From NCBI GenBank assembly GCA_965214705.1, contig CBDCCI010000002.1, forward strand, positions 1,024,001-1,088,000: a stretch of DNA of 64,000 bases, read 5' to 3'. Made by a program: the position numbers and the translations under genes. Below, piece after piece: positions 62,798 to 64,000 of the stretch. The notes under the pieces were generated by a model. It saw only the letters and a list, made by a program, of their open reading frames with translations, was not told the origin of the DNA and ran no database searches. The stretch comes from Alphaproteobacteria bacterium. GTDB taxonomy: Bacteria; Pseudomonadota; Alphaproteobacteria; UBA828. How positions within the stretch are numbered: position 1 is the first letter of the stretch; every line of letters starts with the position of its first letter.

Positions 62798-64000
62798 GTG
62801 GACGCATTCGTCTATCGGGAAGAGAACGGCAGCCGCGTTCTCCACGCCGAGGGAGTCTCGCTCCCCGCCATCGCGGCGCAGTTCGGCACGCCGACCTATT
62901 GCTACGCGAACGCGGTCCTCGTCGCCCGCTACCAAGCGCTCGCTGCGGCCACGCCGAACGCGCTCGTCTGCTACGCGGTCAAGGCCAACGACACCCTTGC
63001 GGTGATCCGCACGTTTGGCCGCCTGGGCGCCGGCGCCGATATCATCTCGGGCGGCGAGCTGCGCTGCGCGCTCCGGGCCGGCATCGCGCCGGATCGCCTG
63101 GTGTTCGCCGGGCCCGGCAAGACGCGGGACGAGATGGATCTGGCGCTCGCTACCGGGGTCGGGCAGTTCAACGTCGAATCGCCGGCCGAACTCGAAGCCC
63201 TAGATGCTGCTGCCCGCGCCGTCGGCACGCGTGCGCCGGTCGCGCTCCGCGTCAACCCGGACGTCGATGCCGAAACCCATGACAAGATCGCCACCGGCCG
63301 GCGGGGCGACAAGTTCGGGATCGACGACGCGGAGATTCCGGCGCTCTACGCCAGAGCCGCCGCGCTAGAAGGCATCGAGCCGGTCGGCCTTGCCGTGCAC
63401 ATCGGCTCGCAGCTCTCGCGGCTCGCGCCGTTCGAGGCCGCCTTCGACCGGCTCATCGCACTGGTGGAGGGTCTGCGCGAGGCCGGACACCCGGTGACCC
63501 GGCTTAATCTCGGCGGTGGCCTTGGCGTGCGCTACCGGGACGAGACGCCGCCCGATGTCGAGGCCTACGGCGCGCTGGTCGAGCGCGTCCGCCAGCGCTT
63601 GGGCGTGACGCTGGTGATCGAGCCCGGCCGCTGGCTGGTGGCGCCGGCAGGCGTCCTGCTCACCCGGGTGATTACGGTCAAGCAGGCCGGCGCGCGTTGC
63701 TGGGCCATCGTCGACGCCGCCATGAACGACCTGATGCGTCCCGCGCTCTACGACGCATGGCATGGCATTGCGCCGGTAGCGGAGCCTGCGCCCGGTGCCG
63801 GAACGGTCGAGACCGATGTCGCCGGGCCGGTCTGCGAGAGCGGAGACGTGCTGGGTCGGGGGCGGGCGCTACCCCCGCTTGCCGCCGGCGACCTGCTGGC
63901 GGTGCGCGATGTCGGCGCCTATGGCTCGGTCATGGCATCGACCTACAACGGGCGGCCGCTGGCGGCCGAGGTCATGGTGCGGGGCGACGCGCTCGCCTGT
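62798..64000 (+). CDS. lysA: Diaminopimelate decarboxylase (3' end outside window; absent from ORF track)
   Basis: Translated by hand from GTG 62798: FGTPTYCY, CYAVKAN, SGGEL, RVNPDV, KFG, HIGSQ, EPGR, GPVCESGD and GAYG. Confidence 0.95.
   Translation, partial: MDAFVYREENGSRVLHAEGVSLPAIAAQFGTPTYCYANAVLVARYQALAAATPNALVCYAVKANDTLAVIRTFGRLGAGADIISGGELRCALRAGIAPDRLVFAGPGKTRDEMDLALATGVGQFNVESPAELEALDAAARAVGTRAPVALRVNPDVDAETHDKIATGRRGDKFGIDDAEIPALYARAAALEGIEPVGLAVHIGSQLSRLAPFEAAFDRLIALVEGLREAGHPVTRLNLGGGLGVRYRDETPPDVEAYGALVERVRQRLGVTLVIEPGRWLVAPAGVLLTRVITVKQAGARCWAIVDAAMNDLMRPALYDAWHGIAPVAEPAPGAGTVETDVAGPVCESGDVLGRGRALPPLAAGDLLAVRDVGAYGSVMASTYNGRPLAAEVMVRGDALAC

Overview
High-GC chromosomal window from an alphaproteobacterium, probably Rhodospirillales-like (inferred from gene order: amidase-rnpB-mraZ, apaG-folE-trkH, argH-lptM-lysA, and a long-linker FtsZ). 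Most of it is housekeeping: the glyoxylate shunt (aceA, aceB) with a divergent RamB/ScfR-type regulator, parE, uvrB, apaG-folE-trkH, an EF-G paralog with mlaA-mlaC, djlA, RNase P RNA, the complete dcw cluster (mraZ to ftsZ, then lpxC), fdhD, argH and lysA. Catabolic or redox genes (Rieske oxygenase, acetamidase, two LLM monooxygenases, SDR, MDR, VOC) are interspersed. One intact IS1634 element lies at 5926-8017. No rRNA, tRNA or CRISPR array is visible. The most interesting signals are non-coding. (1) A five-hairpin repeat occurs four times, always between convergent genes, and shows compensatory base changes. (2) A second ~250-bp repeat has helically phased 10-mers. (3) An IS5-ended mini-element made of back-to-back hairpins is stacked with those repeats and the IS at 5327-8023. 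(4) The folE leader has a riboswitch-like architecture. (5) A LexA box sits in an AT-rich island between rnpB and mraZ. (6) The ftsZ-lpxC spacer is structured. Gene calls come from recognised motifs and synteny; no database searches were run.
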